DNA of 64,000 nucleotides, taken from IMG/VR virus record IMGVR_UViG_3300043787_000046, positions 4,833-68,832 of that record. One strand, written 5' to 3'. The translations under genes and the position numbers were made by a program. Position 1 is the stretch's first letter. The number at the start of each line of letters is the position of its first letter. The notes beneath the pieces are model-generated. The model was not told the origin of the DNA. It did no database searches and was given only the letters and a program-made list of their open reading frames with translations. Shown piece after piece: positions 18,761-29,644 of this stretch. The DNA is from a virus.

Positions 18761-21700
18761 ATGCCGGAAGGCTTCCGATTAAGGCATTGCCAGTGCCTAC
18801 GTCACGGTATCGCCCGATCTGGACGGTTTCGCCGAGGAACTCGAAGCCAAGGTCCAGGAAGCGACCGAGGGCGTCGAGGGCAAGGTCAAGATCACCGTCA
18901 CCGCCGACACCGAGGAAGCGAAAGACGGCCTCGATGAGGTCAGGGAGAAAAAAGACGACCTCGACGGCAGCAAGGCCGAGATCAAGGTCACCGCCGACGC
19001 CGATGAGGCCAAGGCCGACCTTGATGACGTCAAGGCCAGCCGGAACGAGCTAGACGGCAGCGACGCCAGTCTCAAGGTCGCCGCCGACGCCGATGAGGCC
19101 AAGGCCGACCTTGATGACGTCAAGGCCAGCCGCGATGACCTTGACGGCTCCCATGCCGAGGTAGAGATCGGCGCGGACGACGCCTCCGCCAAGGGGGCGA
19201 TCGATGACCTGAAGATGCAGCTTGCGATCCTGCGGCTGCAGAAGCAGGGCATCACCATCGACGCGGACGCCACCCCGGCCGAGATGAAGATCGCCGCCCT
19301 GCAGGCGCAGATCAAGGCACTGCAGGACGAGGAAGACGAAAGCGGCGGCGGCTTCTCCGTGCCGGACTTTCCCGGCGGGATGATCGGCGGCATCGCGACC
19401 GGCCTCGCCGCCCTGTCGCCGGGGTTCGCGGGCGCGGCGACCGGGCTGGGACTGCTCGGCGGCACCGGGTACCTGGCGTTCTCCGGGATCGCGAAAGCTC
19501 TCGAGGCCAGCCATGAGGCGTCGCAGAACGTCGGGATGACGAGCCAGCAACTCGCCGCCCAGCAGTTCTCCGACTCCGTCCAGGTGCAGCAGGCGCAGCA
19601 GGGCGTCGCCCAGGCATCCGAGCAGTCCGCGCAGGACCAGATCACGTCCGCGCAGTCCATCGAGCAGGCGCAGATGAACCTGGCCAGCACCGAGCGGAAC
19701 GCCGCCGCGGCGCAGGTCCAGGCGATCCAGGCTGTCGGGCAGGCGCAGCAGCAGGTCCAGCAGTCCACGTACAACCTCGGCGAGGCGCAGTACACCCTCG
19801 GGCAGGCGTACGTGTCGGCCCGCGAGGCGATCGTCCAGGAAAACGACGCCCTGGCCGACGCGAAACTGAACGTGAAGTCCGCGAGCCTGGCGGTGCAGCA
19901 GGCGGAATACAACGAGCTGCTCGTCAATCAGAACGCCTACTCGACCGATCTTGACCGCGAGCAGGCGGCCCTGGCCGTGGCACAGGCCAAGCAGCAGGTC
20001 ACCGACGCGACCGCCAGCGAGTCGGACGCGCAGACCTCGGCGAACCTGGCCAACAGCCAGGGCGTCGACGGGTCGCAGGTGGTGATCCAGGCCAAGCAGG
20101 CGCTCCTGGCCGCGCAGGACTCCCTCACCGACTCACTGCAGTCCTACAAGGACGCCCAGGTCAACGTCACCAACGTTGAGCTCAACAACGCCGAGCAGGT
20201 CAAGCAGGCGCAGATGCAGGTGGCGTCGGCACAGGAGCAGGCGGCGTACCAGCAGAAGATGGACGCCCAGTCCGTCGCGATCGCCCAGCAGAACGTGACG
20301 AACACGATCAAGGAGCAGCAGCTCCAGTGGGCGTCGATGATGTCCACGGCCAACTCCAGCGCGAACCAGTTCGCCCTGGACATGAGCAAGCTCACCCCCG
20401 CCGGCCGGGCGTTCGTCAACGTCTTCCTCGGCCTCGAGCCCGCGTTCCGGACCCTGGAGAGCATCGCGCAGAACACGGTGCTGCCCGGCATGACGATCTG
20501 GCTGCAGGGCATCAAGTCGCTGCTGCCCTCGATCGAGTCCGGGGTAGGCCGGATGGGCGCCGCCATCTCGGGCGCGTTCGGGGCGTTCGGGAAGCAGATG
20601 CAGACGCCCGCGTTCGCGAAGGTCCTCGACGGGCTGATCAGCAACGGCATCCGGTTCACTGACATCGTGCTCCCGGCGTTCGCCGGGTTCATCCGGGAAC
20701 TCGCCGTCGTCGGCAGCAAGAAGGGCGCGGTCGACGGGCTGGCGAACCTGCTGGCCGGCCTGGCGGACGGCCTCACCGGGCTGGAGAAGGGCCTCGCCCC
20801 GTTCACCTCGTCGCTGTCGTCCGTGTTTTCTACCCTCGGGTCGGCCCTGGCCGCCATCGGCGGCCCGCTAGGGCAGGTGATCGGGGCACTGGCGTCCGCG
20901 CTGGCACCGGCCCTCTCGGCGCTCCTGCCCGGGTTCCGGGCGCTGACCGGGGCACTCGGCCAGGGCCTCGCCGCGGCACTTGTCGGGGTGGGCCCGCTGC
21001 TGGGTGTTCTCGGGCAGGCGGTGAGCAAGATCGCTGTCGCGCTCGCCCCGGTGCTGCCGCAGCTCGGGCAGATGATCGCGCAGCTCGCGACCGCGCTGGT
21101 GCCCGTGCTCCAGTCGCTGATGCCGCTGATCACCGGGTTCGCTGACATCCTCGCAGCGGGCCTGCGGGCGAACCTGCGGCTGACCTCCGCCGAGCTCGGG
21201 TTCATCCTGCCGCCGCTGGCACGGCTCGTCACCGGGACCGGCAAGGTGATCGACGTGATCGGCCGCGCGGTCGCGGCACTCCTCGGGCTCAGCACCGGCG
21301 GCCTCGCACCCGTCGCGAAGGCCTTCGGCGAGTTCACGTCCGGGGCGCTGGACGAGCTGAGCACGGACTTCGGGACCGGGTTCCGCCAGATCGGCGACGT
21401 GGCGGACTGGCTGTGGCATGACGTGCTCGACCCGGTATGGCAGGGGATCTCGGCGGGGGCGCAGCGGCTGTACTCCAGCGGCATCGCGCCGGTCATCCAG
21501 GACATCAAGACCGATATCGCCGGGCTGGAGAACGCGGCCCTGTGGATGTGGCACAACGTTTTCGACCCGGTATGGCAGGGCATCGAGTCGGGGGCGCGCA
21601 CGTTCGTCTCCGGGTTCGGCACGGTGTGGGGCAAACTCGAATCTGTCTTCAAGACGCCGGTGAACTTCCTGATCAGCACCGTGTACGACGACGGCATCGC

Positions 21701-22979
21701 GAAGCTGTGGGATTCGGTCGTCAAGGCGATCGGCCTCGGGTCGCTGAAGCTCCCGGTCATCCCCGCGCTGGCGCACGGCGGCGTCGTGCCCGGCTGGTCG
21801 CCGGGGAGGGACAATCACCTGGCGGCGGTGAGCGGCGGTGAGGGGATCCTGACCCCGCAGGCGACCCGGGCGGTCGGCGGGAAGCCCACGATCGACGCGC
21901 TCAACAAGGCGTACCCGCCGTCATCGGCGGCACCGGGCGGTCACGACGCGGTGGCGAAGATGGCGGTGAAGCTGCCGCTGAAAGAACTGCGCAAGCACAC
22001 CGTCGAGCGTCCTGCCGAGCACGTGGCGACGGCGGGGATGTTCGCCGGTGGCGGCCTTGTCCCGGGCTGGCTGTCGCACGCTGCCAGCGACGCCGGGCAT
22101 GCGGTCTCCGGCGCAATCGGCGGGGCGCTCGACATCGCGAAGATGGTCGCGGCCATCGCGACGGGCAACACGGCGGCGTTCACGAACGCGGCTGCGAAGA
22201 TGATCGGCACCGGCGCCGCCGGTGATCTGGGCAAGATCATGACCGGCATCCCGAAGGCGCTGATCACCGATCTGGCGCGGAAGCTGTCCGGGTCGGTGTC
22301 CGGCGGAGGCGGGAGCCTGCCGGGCGGCAGCAGCGGGGCGACCGGGAGCCTGCCGGCCAACTGGAAGCCGATCGCGTCGTTCCTCGCCTCCCACGGTGCG
22401 ACAAAGTACGCAGCGGCGGGCATAACAGGAAATATCGACGCCGAGTCGGGTGGCGACCCGGAGATCCTGGAGACCGGAGGCGGCGGCGGAGGCGGCCTGA
22501 TCCAGTGGACGCCCTACCCGCCCGGCTACATCACCGGCAATGCGCAGGCGGACCTGATGACGCAGCTCAACGCGATCCTGTCGTGGGGCGGCGGCCTCGG
22601 GATCGTCAACCGGGCCACGTCGCCGAGCAACGCGGCGCTGCTGTACCAGGACTACTACGAGAAGCCCGCGAACCTGTCCGCGTCACTGCCGCAGCGGATG
22701 TCCTCGGCCAACGCCGTCTACCACGCGATGGGCTGGGGCTCGTTCGACAGCGGAGGGTGGATGACGGGACCGCCGAACCTCACCGGGCAACCGGAAGCGG
22801 TCCTGACCCCGGACCAGTCGGTCGCGTTCCTCAGGCTCGTGCAGCAGATGACCTCGGGGCAGTCCGGCGGCGGGACCCGGCCGCCAGTGACGGTGAACTT
22901 CGTGGGCACGCAGCTGCCGAACGCGGAGCAGATGGCGGAGATCGAGCGGCGCCTGGCCATGGCAGTCGGCGGGGCGTAA
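18761..22979 (+). CDS. Tape measure protein with C-terminal phage tail lysozyme-like domain; 5' end frameshifted
   Basis: Ala/Gln/Gly helical repeats; AAAGITGNIDAESG...GLIQW motif; ATG 18761 (MPEGFR) is out of frame with IASAYVTVSPD... starting at 18786. Confidence 0.85.
18991..19132 (+). repeat. Intragenic 90-bp-period repeat in tape measure N-terminus
   Basis: 52 identical bases at 18991-19042 and 19081-19132. Confidence 0.85.
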
Positions 22980-23018
22980 AGAGCACGGTCTTGACTTCAA
23001 CCCGAAGAAGGGCGCGAT

Positions 23019-23213
23019 ATGGCAGAGGCGCAGGCACCGGGAATCCCCGTCTACATGCGGGTCGGAGACGGCCCGGAGGTCCACGTCGGGACGATCACCC
23101 CGGAACTGTCACGCGACGACGAGGGGACGGCGACGCTGCTCGCGACCGTCCCGTCACTGGCCACGGTTCTGCGCGCAACTGCCGACGCGATGGATGAGGC
23201 GGAGGGCAGTTAG
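23019..23213 (+). CDS. Small hypothetical protein
   Basis: IPVYMRVGDGPEVHVGTI..LRATAD; compact ORF. Confidence 0.5.
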   Translation: MAEAQAPGIPVYMRVGDGPEVHVGTITPELSRDDEGTATLLATVPSLATVLRATADAMDEAEGS

Positions 23214-23342
23214 GCGGCGGCGCCCCGGCATGCCAAGCCGGCCGGCTGCTCTGCAACCTCTGTTGCGGGCGCGGTTTCCCCTCGCGGTTCCGTTCTCCGC
23301 CGCCTGCGCCGCCGCGATCCTGAGCGTACAGGGGGGTGAGCC

Positions 23343-24548
23343 GTGAACGCGACCATCCCGCCCGACACGCGCCAGACGGGGCAGGGCAATCCCGCCGCTG
23401 ACATGGATGACGTGGCGGATGTCCTGGCCCGCGTCACGAACTCACCACCCGGAAGCGCGCTGCCGCCCGGCTACTTCATGCGGCGGGACGCCGGGGACGG
23501 TGCCCAGCGGATCGTCGTCCCCCTCTACGAGTACCCGACGTACTACCTGGCCTCCGGCGACTACCAGACGATCCAGGCCGCCGGCCCGGTCGCGTCCATT
23601 GTCATCCTCAACGCCGACAGCGGGCCCGGCACCTACACCGATGACTGGACCGCGCAGATCAGCGAGCTGCACGCGGCCGGGATCTATGCGCTGGGCTACG
23701 TGCCCACCGGCTACGGGGACGACGTCCTCGCGACCGTCGAGAGCATGGTCGACACGTGGTACTCGTACTACCCGGCGCTCGACGGCATCTTCTACGACGA
23801 GGGCGCCTACCTGATCGCGAGCCAGCCGTACTACCTGTCGCTTTACAACTACGTGAAGGCCAAGAACACCGGCGAATGCATCGTCCTCCTCAACTGCGGA
23901 GACATCCCGGACCAGTCATACATGAGCACGTGCGACATCCTGTGCACCTGCGAGGAGACGTACACGTACTACACGACGGAGTACGCCGCGTCGCAGCCGG
24001 ACTGGCTGCCCTATTACGCGGCGTCGCGGTACTTCCATATTATCGAGGAAGTCGCGACGCTGGCGCAGCTCGGCGAGGTCCTGGCGCTCAGCAGGACGTT
24101 CCGGGCCGGCTACGTGTACGTGATCGACAGCCTGGGCGGCTACACGACGCTGGCGGGCAACGCCACGTCCAACCCGCTGTTCTGGTCCCATCAGGTCGCC
24201 TGGTGCCGGAGCGGGTTCGCTCCCGGTCCCGCCGCGACGGCGACGCTCACGACGGGCGCCGCGATCACCTGGAACTACCAGTACGACTCGTACCCGCTGA
24301 CCGCCGCGGGGGCCGTGACCGGGCTGATCCTGTCCGCCCCGTCGCTGACGGCCGCGCCGCCCGCGCTGACCGCCCCGGTGGCGGCGTCCATCCGGGTCAC
24401 CCTGATCAACACGAGCGCGTACAGCATGACGTTCGCCGCCGCGGGGACCAGCAACGTGGCGGACGGGACGAGCGACGTGATCGCGGCCGGGACCGCGGTC
24501 ACCTACATCTGGGAGCCTGCCGCGAGCCTGTGGTACCGGGTGGCGTGA
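23343..24548 (+). CDS. Spherulin-4/GH135-like glycoside hydrolase tail-module protein
   Basis: VVPLYEYP, VILNADSGPG, LGYVPTGYG, DGIFYDE motifs. Confidence 0.75.
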   Translation: MNATIPPDTRQTGQGNPAADMDDVADVLARVTNSPPGSALPPGYFMRRDAGDGAQRIVVPLYEYPTYYLASGDYQTIQAAGPVASIVILNADSGPGTYTDDWTAQISELHAAGIYALGYVPTGYGDDVLATVESMVDTWYSYYPALDGIFYDEGAYLIASQPYYLSLYNYVKAKNTGECIVLLNCGDIPDQSYMSTCDILCTCEETYTYYTTEYAASQPDWLPYYAASRYFHIIEEVATLAQLGEVLALSRTFRAGYVYVIDSLGGYTTLAGNATSNPLFWSHQVAWCRSGFAPGPAATATLTTGAAITWNYQYDSYPLTAAGAVTGLILSAPSLTAAPPALTAPVAASIRVTLINTSAYSMTFAAAGTSNVADGTSDVIAAGTAVTYIWEPAASLWYRVA

Positions 24549-24551
24549 CGC

Positions 24552-26060
24552 GTGGGCGTCTACACCCCGGAATACGGGCCGACTTATGGCGAGACGGAGA
24601 CGACCGGGGTTGCCGGGCAGCCGGTCACCCTCACCGTGGACTTCTGGATCGGCGGCGTCCTCGCCGACCCCTCCTCGGTGCAGCTGGACATCACGTACGG
24701 GTCGGAGCTGGGCTTCGCCCCCGACGTCGCGGGCCCGTTCACCTACCAGGGCGCATCGTCCGAGACCGCCGGCCAGGTGTGGCGGGTCAGCACGGGCGTC
24801 TACTCGTGCACCTGGCAGATCCCCGCCAGCGTCCCCGAGGGCAGCTACGTCGCGAACTGGAGCATCGGCTACGGCGACGGCTCATACCCGGGCAGCGAGA
24901 ACTTCTGGGTCAGCGGCGGCTACGCGCCGCCGGTGCCCGCAGGGGACCTCGGGTACTGGACCGGCGGACTGATCTATCCCGCCGCCGGGCTTGATATCGA
25001 GTTCGGGACCGTCGACAGCAACGGCATCGCGTGGCTGTGGCAGAAGATCACCGGATGGGACGGCCCTCCCGTGCAGGGCGCCGGAGTGATCCCCCGCTCC
25101 GGCGACCACGGCGCGTGGGCGTCCCCGCAGTACTATGCCGCGCGGACGCTGACGCTGACGGTCACCGCGTCGGCCCCGACGCAGGCCCTGCGGGATGTGG
25201 CACGGGCGCTGCTCCAGCAGGCCGTCCCGGTGTCGGACCTGGCGACACTCCGGTATGACGAGCCGGTCAGCAAGGTCGCCCGCGTGCGCCGGTCCGGGCA
25301 GCTCACCGAGGCGTACCCGACCTTGTGCGACGTGACGTTCACCATCGGGCTCGTCGCGCCTGACATGCGCAAGTACGCGACGGCAGGCAAGACGCTGACG
25401 ATCACCCCGGTGCCGTCCGGCGGCGGCGGCGGGATGACGGTGCCGTTCACGGTCCCGTTCACCCTGGACTCAAGCGCGCCGCCGGGGTCGGCGGTCGCGG
25501 TCAATCTCGGGAACTTCGGCTCGCCGCCGGTCGCGGTGATCACCGGCCCGGTCACCGGGCCGGCCCTGGCGAACCTCACGACCGGCGAGACCGTGTCGTG
25601 GTCGACGCTGACGCTCCCCTCGGGCAGCATCGCCGTCGTCGACTTCCTCAACCGCGAGACCTGGGTGAATCCGTCCGCCGTGTCGACGGTGCCGGGCATG
25701 CCGTCCGGTACCGGCACCTACTGGCCGGCGGACATCAGCAGCGCATGGTGGGACCTGGAGCCGGGAAGCAACGCGATCGAGCTGGGCGGCAGCACCGGGA
25801 GCGGGTGCAGCGCCACGCTGTATTTCGCGGATGCGTGGTCCTTAGGGCACTCACGGCTTCCGGATACTGCGGATGCGCACCGCCTCAGCCGGCGGAAAGC
25901 CTCGCACCTGCTCGCGCCATTCCGCGCAGCACCGGGCGCACAGGCCGTACTCGCCTCCGTGCGACCCGGTCCAGATGTATTCCGGCGCGGCGGTGCACGT
26001 ACCTGCCCGGCCAGAGCAGTGACCGCGCGACTCGTTCACGGCTTCCGTTCCTGCCGGTAG
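24552..26060 (+). CDS. Distal tail (Dit-like) protein; last ~70 aa probably read-through
   Basis: ITGWDGPP...ARTLTLT...LVAPD...WWDLEPGSN...YFADAWS. Confidence 0.7.
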   Translation: MGVYTPEYGPTYGETETTGVAGQPVTLTVDFWIGGVLADPSSVQLDITYGSELGFAPDVAGPFTYQGASSETAGQVWRVSTGVYSCTWQIPASVPEGSYVANWSIGYGDGSYPGSENFWVSGGYAPPVPAGDLGYWTGGLIYPAAGLDIEFGTVDSNGIAWLWQKITGWDGPPVQGAGVIPRSGDHGAWASPQYYAARTLTLTVTASAPTQALRDVARALLQQAVPVSDLATLRYDEPVSKVARVRRSGQLTEAYPTLCDVTFTIGLVAPDMRKYATAGKTLTITPVPSGGGGGMTVPFTVPFTLDSSAPPGSAVAVNLGNFGSPPVAVITGPVTGPALANLTTGETVSWSTLTLPSGSIAVVDFLNRETWVNPSAVSTVPGMPSGTGTYWPADISSAWWDLEPGSNAIELGGSTGSGCSATLYFADAWSLGHSRLPDTADAHRLSRRKASHLLAPFRAAPGAQAVLASVRPGPDVFRRGGARTCPARAVTARLVHGFRSCR

Positions 26061-26240
26061 TCCGGGTGGGTCGCGCCGGGATCGCCGTACCGGCTCGACA
26101 GGTAACCGGGACCGATGACCGGCTCGTGAAGCGCCCCGCACGGCACGCATTGCGCCCGGCGCGTCCAGCCGCCATCCAGTGAGACTGAGACCCAGCGCGG
26201 AGACTGGCAGCGGGGACACTTCGGCTCTCTCGCGATCAGC

Positions 26241-26732
26241 TCATCCAGGGCTGTCCTCCGGTGCCCAGCCGGGGCGGTAATCGGGGTGGTCGCTGAACTC
26301 GGTCCCGAGCTGGCGTGCAGTGACGCACGGCCGGCCGGCCGGCCGGACCTCTCCGCAATCGCGGTCCCAGTCGCACACCCGGCATCCGGTGGCCCCTTCT
26401 TCGTCTTCTTCGTCGCTGTCCGCCCTGACTTGCGCGTGCTCGGCGAGGATGGCGCGCTTGAGCGCGATGTCCCGCAGCCGGTGCGCCGGGTCGCACGCGG
26501 CGATGAAGTCGGGATCCGGGATGCCTGTCGAGGGCATCCACCCGATCCCGGCGTCTCCGATCATCACGCCGTACGGGCTGCTCCTGCCGCACATGACCCA
26601 CTCCCGGTGCCCCTCGTCGCGGCGGAACACCTGGTACTTCCACGGGCCGGCCGTCGCCGCCTGCGCCAGCGCCCCGGCCTCGTCGTAGCGGGCATCCAGG
26701 AACGCCGCGAAGTCTCCGTCCACGTCCACCAC
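26241..26732 (-). CDS. DUF6221-like protein (copy 2)
   Basis: AAFLDARYDE...IAACDPAHRLRDIALKRAIL...DHPDYRPGWAP. Confidence 0.75.
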   Translation of the reverse strand: MVDVDGDFAAFLDARYDEAGALAQAATAGPWKYQVFRRDEGHREWVMCGRSSPYGVMIGDAGIGWMPSTGIPDPDFIAACDPAHRLRDIALKRAILAEHAQVRADSDEEDEEGATGCRVCDWDRDCGEVRPAGRPCVTARQLGTEFSDHPDYRPGWAPEDSPG

Positions 26733-26753
26733 TCTGCCTGAAACGGGGGTCCG

Positions 26754-27806
26754 GTGGCGACTTCAGTTGTGACCAGCGAGCCGCAATGGCTCGAAGGCTG
26801 CACGTACGACGGCAACGGCGGCAACGACCTGCGCCTCAGCGGCCCCGCGGCCTACTTCTACGACGAGGGCATCGTCACCGGGTCCGTCACCGGCGTGCTC
26901 AGCGGCGTGATCGGCGGCGCGGGCCTTCAGGTGTCCGCAGGCGGCGCGATGACCGTCGCCGTGCAGCCAGGCGGGTACGTCGTCCAGAACACCGGCACCC
27001 CGGCGGCGGGCGGCTACGTGTCGAAACTCGCCCAGCAGGCGACCCTCACCGTGCAGACCGCCGACCCCGCCAACCCGCGCATCGACATCGTGGTCGCCTA
27101 CGTCTCCGACGTCGGCACGTCCTCATCGTCCGGCGCGGTGGAGATCATCACCGGCACTGCCGCCGCGTCACCGTCCGCGCCGTCCGCGCCGGCGAACAGC
27201 ATCACCCTCGCGCAGCTCACCATCCCGGCGGCCACCACGACGGTCACCAGCGGGATGATTACTGACGAACGGCCGTTCACTACCGCGGCGGGCGGCGTCC
27301 TGGTGGCCCCGAAGGGCAGCGTCACCGGGTACGTCGGGCAGCTCGGCTACGACAAGCCATCAGGCAGCTTTTATCACAACACGAACACGGGCGGCAGCAA
27401 GCAGGCGCGCGTCCTGCCGTGGGCTCCGGTCCATGAGATCCTCACCACCAGCTTCGAGCTCCACACCGGTGAGTTGACGGTCCTGAGTGCGACCGTCACC
27501 ACAGACGGCCTGACCGACCTGAAGATCAGCTGGCGCATCCCGCAGATCAACTGCACCAGCGCGACCACCGTCGCGGTTCACACCGCGATCGACGGCACCG
27601 ACATCGAGGTGGCGCAGCAGGGCGACCCGGCTACCCAGTGGACGTCCATGGGCGCGACCGTCTACACGTCCTCGGCCGCGGGCACCACGCCGTCCAGCGG
27701 CACCCATACGGTCACTCTCGGGGTCTCCGGGTCGACGGGAACCATCAACCAGGACGGGATCGACGTTGCCGCCTGCTACCTGCGGGTCGAACCGGTCGTG
27801 CTCTAG
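26754..27806 (+). CDS. Minor tail protein
   Basis: MTVAVQPG...ADPANPRIDIVVA...LAQLTIPA..ITDER motif. Confidence 0.7.
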   Translation: MATSVVTSEPQWLEGCTYDGNGGNDLRLSGPAAYFYDEGIVTGSVTGVLSGVIGGAGLQVSAGGAMTVAVQPGGYVVQNTGTPAAGGYVSKLAQQATLTVQTADPANPRIDIVVAYVSDVGTSSSSGAVEIITGTAAASPSAPSAPANSITLAQLTIPAATTTVTSGMITDERPFTTAAGGVLVAPKGSVTGYVGQLGYDKPSGSFYHNTNTGGSKQARVLPWAPVHEILTTSFELHTGELTVLSATVTTDGLTDLKISWRIPQINCTSATTVAVHTAIDGTDIEVAQQGDPATQWTSMGATVYTSSAAGTTPSSGTHTVTLGVSGSTGTINQDGIDVAACYLRVEPVVL

Positions 27807-29005
27807 TGGCCGACTGGAAATACGCGGCGACGGACCTGCTCTCGGGGCAGCTGCTGTGCGACGACCTGCCGCTGGACGTGCAGTCGCTGAGCGCGAACCT
27901 CAACGGCACGGGCACGCTCAACGGCAGCCTGAACCTGAACGAGCTGCCCGCGGTGAACACCCCGTACATCACCGCGCTCACCCCCAGGCGCGCCGTCTTG
28001 TGGGCGCTCGCGGACGGGTGGCCGGTGTGGGCCGGGATCGTCTGGGACTGGCCGCAGATGTCCATGGCGCAGGGCACGCTCAGCATCAGCGCCCAGACAA
28101 TGGACTCCCTCTGGTCGCACCGGCTGATCACTGACACCCTGGAATACCCGGAAACCGACCTGTTCACCACCTTCCTGGACCTGGTCAGCTACGGGACGAG
28201 CAAGGACAGCTCCTATATCGAGACGGGCGTCTCACCCGCCCAGACCCGCGATCCTGCCTACCTGGCGATGTTCGCCACCCAGGGGAAGGTTGCCCGGCTG
28301 GCACTGCCGTCCGGCCTCACGTCCGGGGTCCCGTGGACCGCCAGCTACACGTACTCAGACCTGACGCAGGTCTCCAGCGCGTGGAGCGACATGACGGCGA
28401 GCGGGAACCTCGAGTACGTCTTCGCCGCCGGCCTCGACACCGCCGGGGAACTGACCGTGTTCCTGCAGCTCGGGTACACCGCGCTCGGCCGCCCCCTCGC
28501 CGACTCCGGGATCGTCTTCTCCTATCCGGGCAACTGCACCGACTACGGGTGGCCTGTCACCGGGTCGCAGTCGGCCAACATGATCTTCGCCACGGCACCC
28601 CCGAACGGCAGCGAGCTGACCTGGGAAAGCACCTACCCGCACGGGGCCGACACCTCCGACCTCGCGTCATTCCCGGTGCTCGAGTCGACGGTGAGCTGGG
28701 ACGGGTCGTACGTCACGAGCCAGTCGCAGGTCAACTCGTTCGCTGACGGTCAGGTCGCCCTGATGACCGCGGGGATGACCACGCCGACCGTGAACGTCGG
28801 AGGGGCCGGGTACCCGAGGCTGCAGAACGTACAGCTCGGGGACGGCTGCCTGCTGGCGATCACGTCCCCGCTGCATCCGCCGCAGGCGGACGGGTCGCCG
28901 GGTGTCCAGCAGGAGATGCGCGTCACCGGGTGGACCGCCTACCCTCCGGGGCCGCAGCAGGCAGAGTACGTCCAGTACAGCCTCAGCGGCGTGGTGGCGT
29001 CGTGA
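27806..29005 (+). CDS. Minor tail (hub-like) protein; contains the protospacer at 28204-28236
   Basis: ATDLLSG...LNGTGTL...PVWAGIVW; position in tail module. Confidence 0.7.
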   Translation: MADWKYAATDLLSGQLLCDDLPLDVQSLSANLNGTGTLNGSLNLNELPAVNTPYITALTPRRAVLWALADGWPVWAGIVWDWPQMSMAQGTLSISAQTMDSLWSHRLITDTLEYPETDLFTTFLDLVSYGTSKDSSYIETGVSPAQTRDPAYLAMFATQGKVARLALPSGLTSGVPWTASYTYSDLTQVSSAWSDMTASGNLEYVFAAGLDTAGELTVFLQLGYTALGRPLADSGIVFSYPGNCTDYGWPVTGSQSANMIFATAPPNGSELTWESTYPHGADTSDLASFPVLESTVSWDGSYVTSQSQVNSFADGQVALMTAGMTTPTVNVGGAGYPRLQNVQLGDGCLLAITSPLHPPQADGSPGVQQEMRVTGWTAYPPGPQQAEYVQYSLSGVVAS

Positions 29006-29307
29006 CGAACTACCCGCGGCCTTTGCTGCAGCGGTTCCAGGCCACCCTGACCGCGATCCAGGCGGACGTCAGGAAGCTGAAGACGCGCACAGCGGGGATC
29101 GACAGCGGGATGCCGCTGATGATGCTCCCCGGCGTGGTCTCCGGCACGTACACGTCGGGGAACCCGCAGGTCTACGTGAACGGGTCGTCGGCCCTGAGCG
29201 GGCCGTTCCAGTACCTCGCGAGCTACACGCCGGCGGCGAATGACGCGGTGATCCTCGCACCGGTCGGGGCGCTGCAGTCGTACGTAATCATGGGCAAACT
29301 GGCCTGA
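29002..29307 (+). CDS. Small minor tail protein
   Basis: YLASYTPAANDAV...YVIMGKL motif; GTGA overlap. Confidence 0.6.
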   Translation: MTNYPRPLLQRFQATLTAIQADVRKLKTRTAGIDSGMPLMMLPGVVSGTYTSGNPQVYVNGSSALSGPFQYLASYTPAANDAVILAPVGALQSYVIMGKLA

Positions 29308-29338
29308 GACGGGGCTGCGGCCGGCGTCGCGGAAGCGG

Positions 29339-29644
29339 TCACGTCCGCTTCGGGCTGGGCGCGTCGTGCGGCACGTAAGGGAACTCGCACCCGAGGGCGT
29401 GCCGCGCGCCCTCGACGGCGCCCCGGAGCTTGGCTGCCTCGGTCAGGGCCCGGTCCCGCTCGGCCAGGGCGGTCTCAAGCTGCTCTTTCAGCTGCTCGTC
29501 GGCCTTCTTGCGGCGCACGGAGCCTATCTCCAGGATGGCGTCGGCTGACAGCCCGCAGAAGGGGCACGGGAGGTCGTCGTTGACGGCCATGAGTATGCTG
29601 CTGCTTTCGGCGTGGCAGCCGGGGCAGGTCATCTTGTCGCTCAC
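29339..29644 (-). CDS. Hypothetical Zn-ribbon/coiled-coil protein
   Basis: CPGC...CPFC; coupled to upstream gene. Confidence 0.45.
   Translation of the reverse strand: MSDKMTCPGCHAESSSILMAVNDDLPCPFCGLSADAILEIGSVRRKKADEQLKEQLETALAERDRALTEAAKLRGAVEGARHALGCEFPYVPHDAPSPKRT

Noticed and set aside
18991-19132. Direct repeat as a second ectopic spacer or CRISPR
   Set aside because: 90-bp in-frame period with similar intervening sequence; ordinary tape measure repeats
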